Below are positions 1 to 12,370 of a stretch of 64,000 nt of DNA, piece by piece. The stretch's first letter is position 1. Each line of letters opens with the position of its first letter. The stretch comes from Octopus sinensis (lineage: Eukaryota), in assembly GCF_006345805.1 (NCBI RefSeq), contig NC_042999.1:102548001-102612000 (forward strand). The letters are read 5' to 3'. Made by a program: the position numbers and the translations under genes. Below the pieces are notes generated by a model. That model made no database searches and was not told the origin of the DNA. It was given only the letters and a program-made list of their open reading frames with translations.

Positions 1-69
1 CTACATGTCTACACTGTATACTATATTGACTTGTATGCTGGAAAATATAGTAACAAGAAGGCTTCAACA

Positions 70-360
70 TGATTCTGTTGTGTCTGGAGAGAGTCATTTT
101 CTTTTTGTGCCTTATAATTTAACACACTCACTGGTAAAATTTCCACTTATTTCTTATTTTTATTTTCGTAACATTTTCGTTGTGTCTTACAAACTTTTCA
201 ATAGTCTTGACTCTGAACGGACAGGGTCAAGACTATTGAAAAGGTTGCAAGACGCAACGAAAATTTTAGGAAACTAAAAATATGTGGAAATTTTACCAAT
301 GAGTGTGTTAAATTATAAGGCACAAAAAGAAAATGACTCTCCCCAGACACAACAGAATAT
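70..360. mobile_element. Fold-back MITE, Mutator-like
   Basis: Arms ~72-212 and ~227-358 are reverse complements (attctgttgtgtctggagagagtcatttt... / ...aaaatgactctccccagacacaacagaat). A 9-bp direct repeat gcttcaaca flanks it at 61-69 and 361-369. Confidence 0.8.
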
Positions 361-414
361 GCTTCAACACACGAACTCATATAAAGAATCTTGCAAACCA
401 AATCCAAAAACAAA

Positions 415-650
415 CAGTGGTTCTCAACCATTTTTAGCCAATAGACCCCTTTGATTTCTATTTTACTCGGATGGACCCTTGTGGCCATTGTACTTTTATA
501 ATTAAATATTATTAAGAATTAAACAAGAAAAACTTTTTTAATATTTTGTCTATTATACAAGTATAACCAATTTATTGTACATAAATTTTAACAATAAAAT
601 CTTATATGGACCCCCAACGGCCATGTAAACTCTGATGGAGAACTGTTGTG
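415..650. mobile_element. hAT (Charlie-like) MITE
   Basis: Starts cagtggttctcaacc and ends with a degenerate ...ggagaactgttg. The same terminus occurs at ~15797 and 17217-17971. Confidence 0.55.
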
Positions 651-2324
651 ATAGAAGTAGCAGACAAATTTCCCTCAAACCACAACCCACCATATTAAAG
701 TAAAACACAAAAGTTAAACAAAAAAATAAAAAAAAAACACAGACAAGGTGACTAAACAAAAATATAGAGGGATCATGGCTGGTATATCCTTGTTCATAGC
801 ACTACTAATGCCATCTATAACTATTAAGATGCACACACACTTGCCTGTCCTCATTTTCACTGCATTTAGAACCCTGTACCAATCAGGCATTTAATCTTTC
901 TTCCCCTTTTCAAATGAGGGTACATTTGGGGATCATCATCATCATCGTCGTCGTCGTTGTCATTGTCATCGTCATCGTCATCATCGTTGTCATCATCATC
1001 ATCATCATTTTGTTTTCTCTGCTGGCAAGGGTTAGAGATCATCAACCAAATTAAACCTTGCGAGTTTCCTTCTAGAAGAGACTGCTAGGTTGTAAAAAAA
1101 GCCAAACAACAAAAATACTAATAACAACCTTGAAGCAATCTATTGAGTTTGCTTTAATGACAGATAAATATTAACAAATTATTTCATAGCAAAAGCCAAG
1201 TGATGCAATCATTTGTTTCCTTCCTCTTTCAGCTTCACTGCGCCTGTCTGCCTCTTTTTCTCTCTGTATATCCGTCTGATATACAGACGGATATACAGAG
1301 TGAGAGGGAGAAATTCTCCCACCCTCTCTCTTTCTCTCTTCCTCTACCTATTTATTAATGTATCTGTGTATCTGTTAGTTCATAAATTTGTCAGTCTGTT
1401 CATCAGTTCATCTGACTCTTTCTCTGTTCCCCTGTCTGTCTTCTATCTATGCATTCACACACACAACCACACACACATGCGCATGCACACACACATGCAC
1501 ACACACACATGCACACACACATATGCACACACACACACGCACACAGAAATGCACACAAATCTATGCACATGCAAACACACACAAGCACACATTTATATTA
1601 TACAAGGATGCTCCAAGGAAAAAAAGAACTTGAAAATAAAGACAGTTTTTATGTATTAAAATACATACACACACACACACACATAGATTTGATAGAACAC
1701 ACTGAAGAAAGAGAACTCAATACCTTATGATGTATGATGATGATCATCATCATCATCCCCATCCTCATCATCATTACTATTCTCATTGTCATCCCCATCA
1801 CATCTGCTTTCCCATGCAGTATAGCAGTGCTCCACGACTTTTTTTTCGCTTGTGGTACACTTATATTCTTTTCAAAATTTGGTGACACACCTGAACTAAA
1901 AATATAACTAAAAGTATAGGGAAAAAAATTATGTCCAAGTTACACTGTGGCACACCTAGCATCATCTCATGACACACCAGTGTGCCGTGGCATACTGGTT
2001 GCAGAGCACTGCAGTAAAGTAGTAGGTTCATGTGTCTGTTAATATCAGATTTGTATATTATAAATGTTGACATGTGTGCTTACAAACTGGGTTGTATTTA
2101 TATTTGCCAGTGTGGAGAAAGTGGGTTCTCTCTTGAAAATGATTGAATTCACTAATTGGGGTTTATTAATAACTCATGGTGATTAATAACTCATGGTGAA
2201 AGTTGCTGTGCCAGCTGAGATAGAATCAGAGAAAATTAATTTGTAGAGTTTGTGTTGTGACAAAGTAGGTACAGAGGAGACTTGTATAAATATGATATGA
2301 TTATGTATGTCTGCTACCTCTGTT

Positions 2325-3060
2325 AGTGATGAAGGGCCTCCCCCTCAAAGTGAAAGGCAGATTGTATGATGCCTGTGTATAAACAGCTATGCTACATAGC
2401 AGTAAGGATATGAAAGAAATGAAACCAGTATGCTCCACTAGATGGGTAATGTCAGTGTGCACATATGACAGAGTGTATATATGACAGAGTGTATGAGAGA
2501 AAAACTAAGTATACAAGGCATCAGATGTTGCATGCGAGAGAGAACACTGCATTGGTATGGCCTTGTAATGCATATGAATGAAGATAGTTGCATCAAGAGG
2601 TGCCAGTCTCTAATTGCAGAGAGAACGTTTGGAAGTGGTAGACCCAGGAAGATGTGGGATGAAGTAGTGAGAAAGGATTTACAGGCATTGGGACTGACAG
2701 CAGGGATGACAGGGGAGGGGGCGAGACTCCTGGCAGTTTGCTGTGCTTGAAAAGGCATGTTAAGTAAAAGCATGGTTGCCCTTGTGTGCAGGCTTGTCCC
2801 CTGCAACACTCTCCAGCTGAGAATCCCTAATCTTGCAGGCTTGTAGGTGCTGGTGCCACGTAAAAAGCACCTGTGCTGGTGCCATGTAAAAAGCACCCAT
2901 TACACTCTCTAAAGTGGTTGGGGTTAGGAAGGGCATCCAGCCATAGAAACCATGCCAAAACAGACGTGAAGCCTGAACAGCCCTTCAGCCAGTCAGCTCC
3001 TGTGAAACTGTCCAACCCATGCCAGCATGGAAATCAGACATTAAATGATGATGATGATAT
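2325..3060 (+). mobile_element. RTE-clade LINE 3' fragment with 3'UTR and (GAT)n tail
   Basis: Decayed VKGLPLKVKGRLYDACV...ERTLHWYGLVMHMNEDSCIKRC...GRPRKMWDEVVRKDL, then the common ...gggttaggaagggcatccagc...ccaacccatgccagcatgg 3'UTR and gatgatgat tail. Confidence 0.85.
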
Positions 3061-4876
3061 GTACCATCTGGCACATGGCTTTAAAATTAAAAATTTGTTT
3101 CTTCTTTGATTTTTTGTGCATAGATTTGAATGGCTCCATGAGTTATACATTTCCTAATACCCATTGATTTCCTGGTACCTATTCAAAAATTTCTTCTCCA
3201 ATTATGGCCATATGCAAAGCTGATGCTGCCAACATACTTTGTCACATTCTGTGAAAATTGTTCAATATCTTTCTCAAGTCTCTCACAGGTTTTTCCAAAA
3301 TACCAAATTCTCTTGGTTCAACACAGTTATTTGTTACCTCAAACAACTTCAATAACTTTTAGTTCAAATGTTGCTGTATACTTTCTTTTTGCTGTATACT
3401 TTTTTTCTCACAGAATGATGTAGAATTTTAACACTTAAACTACCCAACTGTATTCCATAAATGCTATGTAGGAAATAGGAATTAACATCAGCTCAAATGA
3501 TGCAGTGACCTGACTTTGTCTTGACTTTTATATAGTCACCTTGATCACAGTAACTTGCTTTTCATCACTTATCTAACAACACTGGTTACACTGTTTCTAC
3601 ATCCACAGGCTGGAGGCTGATGAAGCATTACATACTAGTAAATACCACCCATTCAGAGATCTAGTAATTATAGTGAATTACTTGGTTAAACACATTTGGT
3701 TTAGCTTATGTTAGTAAGGGTAGAGGGATTTAATTTGTATCACACTAATTATGCTATAATGATTGTAGTTCTTTGATAATGAACTCGAGAAATCTCTAAG
3801 TTAATGTTTGTGTGGACTGTACATCAAAACACAATAATGTGGGAAAAGTTAATTTTTTTACTGTAACATTTATACATAGGAGAATCCTCTGGCTAGCAAA
3901 TGTTGATCTATTTATCTGTGAAAAATATGAGCCAGCTTTTATATGGGACACATAGGGAATGCCTGTTTTTTTTTAGTGCTTACACAGGTTACCTTTTATG
4001 TACAATTGGCTTTTGAGTATATGTAATACCAAAGTGGTGGATTTTACTAAAACTCTTTAAAACTGAAATCAGTAAAAAAGAAAAAAAAAGAATTATTGTC
4101 TTTTAATGTTTATTAATGTAATTTCAGATTTGTGCTTCTAGTTAAAGCTAAGTTTTCTAAGATATCATTCTGCTTTTAGATTTTTCTAATCAACCTTCTT
4201 CCTGAATCTAATTTTAACTGGAGCTACAAATTTAAATCAAAATTTGTTTTTGTTTGAATTCATCACTGATTAAAACTTCAGCAATCTCCACTGAATTTCA
4301 ATTGCTGTAAGCAGTCAGAATTAATGAAGCTGTGGACATTATAGTCTCAGTTCTTGACCCAAAGGGAGTAGAGGTCTCTATATAGTTGTTTGATCTACAA
4401 AAATGGTAAGCAAATCAGACCACATTCTACTGTGTTAAATAAGCAAAAGACACATTGAATAATGTAGTCTGTCATATCACTGAAAAGATGCTCATTTCAA
4501 GTATAATGCCTTTAATTAGAAGTTTACTTCATAAGGGTCAATGTGAGACTTAACAAAAAAAGTAAAAATAACACTCTGAGTTCAAATCTTGCTGAGGTTA
4601 ACTATGGATTTTTATCACCCTGGGCATAGATCAAGTACTAACAATACATTTATGGTCAGTCATTATAATCAACTACATCCTTGTCGCTAAATGCCTGGAC
4701 TTACACTAATGTCAGAAACAATATTATTTCTTTCAGCACTGTCATGTTCTTCCCATATCGCGTATTCTTCAGGATATCCTTTAATTCTTTCATATCTATA
4801 TATTATTATTATTATTATTATAATTATTATGGTGGTGGCGGCGGCGGTGGCAGTGGTAGTGGTGGCGATGACGACG

Positions 4877-4877
<1 letters not shown>

Positions 4878-4918
<41 letters not shown>

Positions 4919-5535
4919 GTTGTTGTTGTTTAACATCTGTTTTCCATGTTGGCATAGGTTGGATGTTTTGACATGGAACTGGCCAGGTGGGGAGCTGTCC
5001 AGGCTCCAATTATATGTTGTGGCATGGTTTCTAGAGATGCCCTTCCTGTATGTATAGATGACAGTGATTTTACTTAGCTTGATGTGTTTTATCAAGTACA
5101 ACAAATCACCATATCTCCCAGTCCCTTTTCATTTCCTTGGTGAGACCCAGCATCCGAAGATTCTTCATCCGATGTCTTTCTGGGTCTACCCCATCCACAG
5201 GTTACCTCCACAATTAGAGCTTGGTACTTCTTTATGCAACTGTCCTCATCCATACACATCACATGACCAAACCAGTGCAGTCTTCTCTCTTGCACATATC
5301 TGGTGCCTCTTATACCCAGTTTTCCTTTTAAATCACTTACACTCTGTTGTATATGCACACTGACATTACCCATCAGTAGAGCATGCTAGCTTCATTTCTT
5401 TCAAGCCTTCACAAGTCCCCTGTAGTCAAAGCCCATATTTCACTGCCATGTAACATAGCTGTACATACACAGGTATCATACAATCTGCCTTTCACTTTGA
5501 GGCCCTTAGTTACCAGGAAAGGTAGAAGCTCTCCG
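4878..5535 (-). mobile_element. RTE-clade LINE 3' fragment
   Basis: ORF 5092..5373 (LKGKLGIRG.RYVQERRLHWFGHVMCMDEDSCIKKYQAL...GRPRKT) with a (CAT)n tail on the + strand at ~4878-4920. Confidence 0.8.
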
Positions 5536-6464
5536 AACTTTATGTGTTAGAATATGAAGTTATTTCAACTGTCTTGACTTATCAGTCATCTTCATTCTTT
5601 TCTGCTCTAGGCACAAGGTCCGAAATTTTTGGGGAGGGGTCCAGTCGATTAGATCGACTCCAGTACACAACTGGTATTTAATTTATCAACCCCTAAAAGG
5701 ATGAAAGGCAAAGTCGACCTCAACGGAATTTGAACTCAGAACATAAAGACAGACAAAATACTGCTAAGCATTTTGCCTGGCATGCTAACATTTCTACCAG
5801 TTCACCGCCTTATCAGTCATCTGCATTGAACCAACAGGAGAGCCTCTATGTGGTCACTAAACCTGCTAGAAATAGAAACTCTTCCTCAAATCATACCCTA
5901 CCATCTCAAATTAGGAAAAACACATTAGTTATTCTAGTTCTAGATCTCCCCCTAAACATAGCGTGGTCTTTACTGGAACACTTTTGATCTTAGATCTGTT
6001 CAATTAGTGTTGGCCTGGGGTTAAACAACACCCACCAGTTATAATTGTCATCATTATCATCATCATTCTCATTGCTGTAAGATGATGATAATGATAATCA
6101 TTAGTTTTGAACATCCGTCTTTCCTGTCATTTGTTATGATCCTTTGTCATCTTATCTGTGATCATATCTCATCCTGAAATCTTATCATCTCTTTTTCTTC
6201 CTCAGTTCTGCAACATTTATTACACCTGCATTCATCTCACATTTTAATCACACATCCATCCCATTAATGTAATCTCTTTTGCATAAATTACTTGATGCTT
6301 TTAATGCTCAATCTGCTTCTCGTGTGACTTGTGTTCTACCTTCAGCTCTTGTGGAAGTTACCATATCTTTTCCAACCCTGACAGATATTATACATTGATT
6401 GTCCCCAAGGGGGTTGCAACCATGTGGTTGAGAAGCAAACTTCTTACCACACTGTCACACCTAT

Positions 6465-6935
6465 ATCATCATCATCGTTTAACGTCCGCTTTCCTTTCCA
6501 TGCTAGCATGGGTTGGATGATTTGACTGAGATCTGGCGAACCAGATGGCTGCACCAGACTCCAATCTAATCTGGCAGAGTTTCTACAGCTGCATGCCTTT
6601 CCTAATGCCAACAACTCCGAGAGTGTAGTGGGTGCTTTTATGTGCCACCAGAACGAGGGCCAGTCAGGCAGTACTGGCAAAGGCCACACTCAAATGGTGT
6701 TTTTTTACGTGCCACCTGCACAGGAGCCAGTCCAGCAGCATTGGCAATGACCTCACTTGAATGTTTTTTTCACATGCCACCAGCACAAGTGCTAGTAAGG
6801 CGACACAAGTAACGATCACGCGAGAATGGTATTTTTAACGTGCCATTGGCATGGAGGCCAGCTTGTTGCTCTGGCAATGATCTCACTCGTATGGTACTCT
6901 TAGCGCTCCACTAGTATGGATGTCAGTCATCAAAT
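6465..6935 (-). mobile_element. RTE 3'UTR-type repeat with internal tandem units (further copies at ~8222-8610, 14645-14890, 17625-17893, 33545-33882, 40745-40975, 48515-48878, 58505-59065, 59900-60300)
   Basis: Shared text catcatcgtttaacgtccgctttccatgctagcatgggttgg...ctggatgcccttcctaatgccaaccactccgagagtgtagtgggtgctttttatgtgccac, followed by variable numbers of gtgctttttacgtgccactggca units. Confidence 0.85.
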
Positions 6936-7666
6936 TTGATATATATATAACTGAATGTGAATGATGCAGTCATATATGCATTATATTGTCTACAATAAAT
7001 AAATCATTGAGATGATCATAAATGGAATGCCTTTTATCATAGAGCTATTCTGTTAGAGCTCGCTTGCAGGTTAAGTTACTAAGTTACTACTACTACTACT
7101 ACTACTGCTGCTGCTGTAGGTACTGCCACTGCTGCCATTGCTCCCAACCACCATGACCACCACCACCACCACCACCACCATTTGTTATGTTTATACATGG
7201 AAAGTGTTCCATTTCAGAGAACTAGCTTTATGTCCATGCTAGCATCAAAATATGAATAAACAAAATGAATGCCACATCACGAAATGGTCAAGAAAGAAAA
7301 TTCCTAGCCTTTATCTTATACTTCTTTGCTGTTGTGATTTGTTGTCAGCATGTCAACTTGTCAGAATGTCACAAGTTCTTCAGCTTGACCAACTTTAGTT
7401 CAAACAGTTACACCATCTCTATTTTTTTCTTTTTTTAAATATGAGATGAATCTATTGTAAATAGATAGATAGATAGATAGACAGAAAGAAAGATGGATAT
7501 ACATATATATATATATATATATACGAAGAACGAAGAGAAAAGGAAAAGGGCCTCAGTACCCTGCACGTCAGTCGGGCCACTCCATGACGGCGGAGTGCAA
7601 CTCGAGTGACGAGAGGCTGCTAAGAATCACAGGTTCCCGAAAGCTGTCATGGAACAGGACTAAACT

Positions 7667-7699
<33 letters not shown>

Positions 7700-7712
<13 letters not shown>

Positions 7713-7915
7713 TATCCAAACAAGAAAGCACAAAAAAATACAACAACACGAGGACGTGGAACAAATATAGTATTATTGGACGCTCAGCAAAGAAGGAAAG
7801 AAAGAGGGTTTAACGTTTCAAGCAGAGCTCTTCGTCGGAAACATAGGAGAAGGAAAGATCCAGAGAAGGGAAGACAGAGGAAAAAAAATCGCCAGCGGTA
7901 CACACGCGGTCACAT
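7700..7915 (-). mobile_element. Short repeat with a minimal hammerhead-like motif (Penelope-associated type); second copy at ~8625-8825
   Basis: Two diverged direct copies between (TA)n tracts. The minus strand has gttt-CCGACGA-agagctctgctt-GAAA-cgtt-aaac (7808-7842) and attt-CTGATGA-agagctacactt-GAAA-tgtg-aaat (8725-8759). Confidence 0.6.
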
Positions 7916-7920
7916 TTAAT

Positions 7921-8141
7921 TATATACATAATTATAATTAGGGGTCAGCTAATTGCTTTGCCACAAATGCGTCTGTGATTAATCAAAGTCATGTGGATTC
8001 ATCATTTTTCTTTTTGCCTACATAAAAATGTGTGTCATTGTCTCAGAGATCTTTATGGTAGTTGCAAAGACATTAGTGTCTATTTCTAATTCGGTACGTG
8101 GCGAAGCAATTAGCTGACCCCTGATTATTATTATGTATATA
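7921..8141. mobile_element. Tc1/mariner-type MITE
   Basis: Terminal inverted repeats of ~44 bp (…ataattaggggtcagctaattgctttgccac / gtggcgaagcaattagctgacccctgattat…) in a TA context. Confidence 0.8.
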
Positions 8142-8940
8142 ATTATAGAATATTTTGTATACTTGGTAGAATTATTAATTATTTATAAATTAATTAATCT
8201 TACCCAATATTATATATATATATCGTCATCATCATCATCATCACTTAACGTCCGTTCTCCATGCTAGCATGGGTTGGACGGTTCGACCAGGGATCTGGGA
8301 AGCCAGAAGGCTGCACCAGGCTCCAGTCTTATCTGGCAATGTTTCTACAGCTGGATGCCCTTCCTAACGCCAACCACTCCATGAGTGTAGTGGGTGCTTT
8401 TTATGTGCCACCTGCACAGGTGCCAGGCGAGGCTGGCAACGGCCACGGTCGGATTGGTGCATTTTACATGCCACCGGCACGGAAGCCAGTCGAGGCGGCG
8501 CTGGCATCGGCCACGAGTCGGATAGTGCTTTTTACGTACCACCAGACCAGGGATCCTGGCTGGTTCAATTTGATTTCGATTTCGCTTGCCCCAACATGTC
8601 TTCGCATATATATATATATATATAGTCAATCCAAACAAGGACAAGGAAGAAAAAACAACAATGCGAGGATGTGGAACAAGAACTGTGTTATTGGATGTTC
8701 AAGAAAGGAAAGAAAAGAAAGAGGATTTCACATTTCAAGTGTAGCTCTTCATCAGAAATATAGAAAAAGTCCAAAGAAGGGAAGATGGAGAATGAAAATT
8801 GCCAGTGATACACACGCGGTCACATATTGAAATGACTGGAAGGGAATGGGTGAAGAAAAAGTTCTTTCTAAGACAGGAGAGTGCAAGAGAAGGAGGTATG
8901 TGTGTGTACGTGTGGGTATGTGTGTGCATGCAGGTTTGTG

Positions 8941-9330
8941 TGTGTGTGTGTGTGTGTGATAATAGCGCATGTATGTGCATATGTGTGTGGGTGTGGTTGT
9001 GGGTGTGGCTGTTTATGTATGTGTGTGGTTGGACTTAGTGCACATATAGGTGCGCACACACACACAGATTGTTTGAAGTGGCGAACAGATTATATAAATT
9101 AAGACTACCACCTTTTACTTCATCTTTGTGTGTGTGTGTGTGTGATAATAGCGCATGTATGTGCATATGTGTGTGGGTGTGGTTGTGGGTGTGGCTGTTT
9201 ATGTATGTGTGTGGTTGGACTTAGTGCACATATAGGTGCGCACACACACACAGATTGTTTGAAGTGGCGAACAGATTATATAAATTAAGACTACCACCTT
9301 TTACTTCATCTTTGTGTGTGTGTGTGTGTG
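8941..9330 (+). repeat. 186-bp tandem duplication bounded by (TG)n
   Basis: gataatagcgcatgtatg...ccttttacttcatcttt occurs at 8958 and 9144 (offset 186) and appears identical. Confidence 0.9.
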
Positions 9331-9493
9331 TGGAGAGAGAGTTAGAGGTAGTGAGATAGAGGTAGGGTAGTTAAATAGAAAGATAGAGGTCTAGAGAAGG
9401 GGGGGGAGGAGAGAGAGAATGAGAGGAAGAGGGAGATAAAGCATGGGATAGATATTCTGAAGTGTAAGTGAAAGCAAAGATGGTTAGAAAAAG

Positions 9494-9561
<68 letters not shown>

Positions 9562-10924
9562 CAAGAGATAAGAGATGAGAAAGATGCTAGTGGATGGGTG
9601 GTGGTGATTTCAATTCAATTTGCAAAAGAATAGAAATCCACTGAAGATGTTTTATTTCTTTTGGAAGTAAAACAAATTCCTTATTGAGAATTCCAAATCT
9701 CTAAAATCATCCATTTACTGCAAATAAGTGAGTCAATGAGGGTGCCACTATGTGGTCACTAGACCTGTTAGAAACAGCAGCCAAACATCCCTAAAATCAC
9801 AATCTATCAATCTTAAAATGGAAAGGGCAATAACATAGTTATAATGTGGTCCTGGATAGACTACAACCAAGCTTAAGATGTGATCGCTTGACAACCGATG
9901 GAGGTGTGTTTACGTCCCCATAACTTAGCAGTTCAGCAAAAGAGACCGATAGAATAAGTACTAGGCTTACAAAGAATAAGTCCTGGGGTCGATGTGCTTG
10001 ACTAAAGGCGGTGCTCCAGCATGGCCATAGTCAAATGACTGAAACAAGTAAAAGAGAGTTGTTGTGGCCATCACCTACGCATCTCCAATTGATGCTGAAT
10101 GTTGGAGCTCAAGTTGAAGTGATGGCAGATCAACTTCAACTGGAAACATTTTCTTGAAATCCAAAACTTCCGTGGAAAACTTGGTCATGCAAACGGCATC
10201 TCCTGGCAGATTTGATATCTGATAGAGTAATTTGCATTTCCATTTAGAATATGGTTCACTCATCGAAAATCTCTTCTCTATTGGAACAGAGATGTCTTTG
10301 ATGTCTTTATCACCATGCCAATGTATATTTCCTGTTCCTTGCACTTGTTGTTTGTTGTTGACGTTTCATTTGCTATTATCTTCATAGAACAGAACAGAGA
10401 GATATGAATTTATAGATAGATACTCTCTTTTGGTTCTTTTTGTTTTTGTTTTTTCTTTTTAAGGGACGAAAACATGATTGCATCTATTTATTTATTTATA
10501 TATGTATGTTAATGTTTGTTTATTTTTTTTATTATTATTTCTTTGTGTTATTTTTTAATATTTCTTCTCTAGTTCTCTCTTTCTCTCTTTTACTTTTCTG
10601 CCATAACCAAAAAAAAAATCAAAAAAAAAAAACCCCAACACAAAACAACTATTTCTTCCCCTGCTACCCACCCCTATCTGCCACACACCATAAGCTCTGA
10701 AACTCTGAGATTCAGTAACTACTGCTTTTGAGTAGTGATAATCAAAGTAAGTGTCCTGTTCCTTCCTACCAGTTGAATTTCAATTTCAATACTTTGAATA
10801 ATGATCATATAGCTCTGAGGAATAAAAGAAATAAATGGAAACTAGTTGTAGTAGTGGTGGTGGGGGGGGGGTGGAGGCGGGTGTTGGTGGTGGTAGATGA
10901 TAATCTTTTCTACTAAAGACACAA

Positions 10925-11290
10925 TGCCTGAAATTTTTGGGGAGGGGTTAAGTTGATTACATCGACCTCCCCAGTACTAAACTGGTACTTAATTTGTCGA
11001 CCCCTGAAAGGATGAAAGGCAAAGTCGGCCTCGGCAGTATGTAGCGACGTGCAAAATACCTATTTCTTTACTACCCACAAGGGGCTAAACACAGAGAAGA
11101 CAAACAAGGACAAATAGATTAAGTCGATTATATCGACCCCAGTGCGTAACTGGTACTTATTTAATCGATCCTGAAAAGATGAAAGGCAAAGTCGACTTTG
11201 GCAGAATTTGAACTGAGGACATAGCTGCAGATGAAATACTGCTAAGCATTTCGTCCAGCGCGCTAACAGTTCTGCCAGCTCACTGACTTA
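10925..11290 (-). mobile_element. Two adjacent tRNA-derived SINE copies (same family at ~5605-5810, 19080-19450, 34810-35240, 42750-42905, 46640-46980)
   Basis: In the 42750 copy, A-box-like agctggcaga..gttagc and B-box gagttcaaattcc are followed by gaggtcgactttgcctttcatcctttcggggtcgataaataaaagtaccag. Confidence 0.8.
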
Positions 11291-11309
11291 ACAGTGGTAG
11301 TTAATAATA

Positions 11310-11662
11310 ATAAGAACAATAAGAATGATGATGATAGTTATGATGATTGTGGTAGGTGTTGTTGTTGTTGTTGTTGTTGGCAGTGGTGGTGATGATGATT
11401 GCAGTAGTTATGATAATGGTGGTGGCGGCGACAGTGGTGATGATGACAATGACGACAACAATGATGGTGGTGGCAGTAACGACGATGACGATGATGATAA
11501 TGATGGTGATGATGATGATGTTGACAATAGCCACAAAGATATAGTGAATTAGAAAATGAGATATCCAGCCTCCCAAATAGTATTGGTTAAATAATTTATT
11601 ATCAATATTGTCATGATTTTTTACATTTTGTTTTTTTTTGTTTTTATTTCTTGTTGCTCTTG

Positions 11663-11709
<47 letters not shown>

Positions 11710-12370
11710 GCTGTTGTTTTTGTTATTGTTGTACATGCAAGGTAGGAGCTAAAAGTACAAAATATATAATGTAATCCAACTTCCTTTGATAGAGGAATTT
11801 TTTTTGTATTATTTATGTTTTTTTTTTTACTATGCAAAACAGTTGAAAGAAAGCATTATCTTATTACTATTCTGCTGTTTCATATGTTCATTTTTTTTGT
11901 TGTTTTGTTTCTCAACCACGTGCCACTTCTCTTTCTGGTTTTGTTTACTATTTATAAATAACATTGGTTACTTTACTTACTGTTAAGTCTATCGACTCGG
12001 TACAGCGCTAAGCTTGCTGGATGTAATTACATGTTGGCTAATACTTGCAGAATTTATGGTTTTCTTATTCATATCCTATATTTCCATTATCCGCCTGCTG
12101 CAATCTTCATCATTGTCATCACCATCATTACCTCAACCACCACCACCACCTCCACTACCACTGCCGCCGCCACCACCACTATAACTGCGGCTACCGCTGC
12201 CACCACCACTGCCACCACAACCGCCACCACCACTGCCACCACCACCACCACCACCATAACTGCCACCACCACCACTACTATGATCGTCGTCATCATAGTT
12301 GTTGACATATCACTGTTATCCTTGTCATTGTCATCATCATGATCATCATAATCATAATCACCATCATCCC
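11310..12370. repeat. Mixed trinucleotide low-complexity blocks: (GAT/GTT/GGT)n at 11310-11530, (CAT)n at ~11660-11710, (CAC/CAT)n at 12100-12370
   Basis: Read directly from the sequence. These blocks explain the poly-M/V/D/T/H ORFs. Confidence 0.9.

Noticed and set aside
4403-4411. ATG|gtaagc as the missing first coding exon
   Set aside because: It would be phase 0, but the 13561 exon needs phase 1, and the joined frame hits a stop within about 20 codons.
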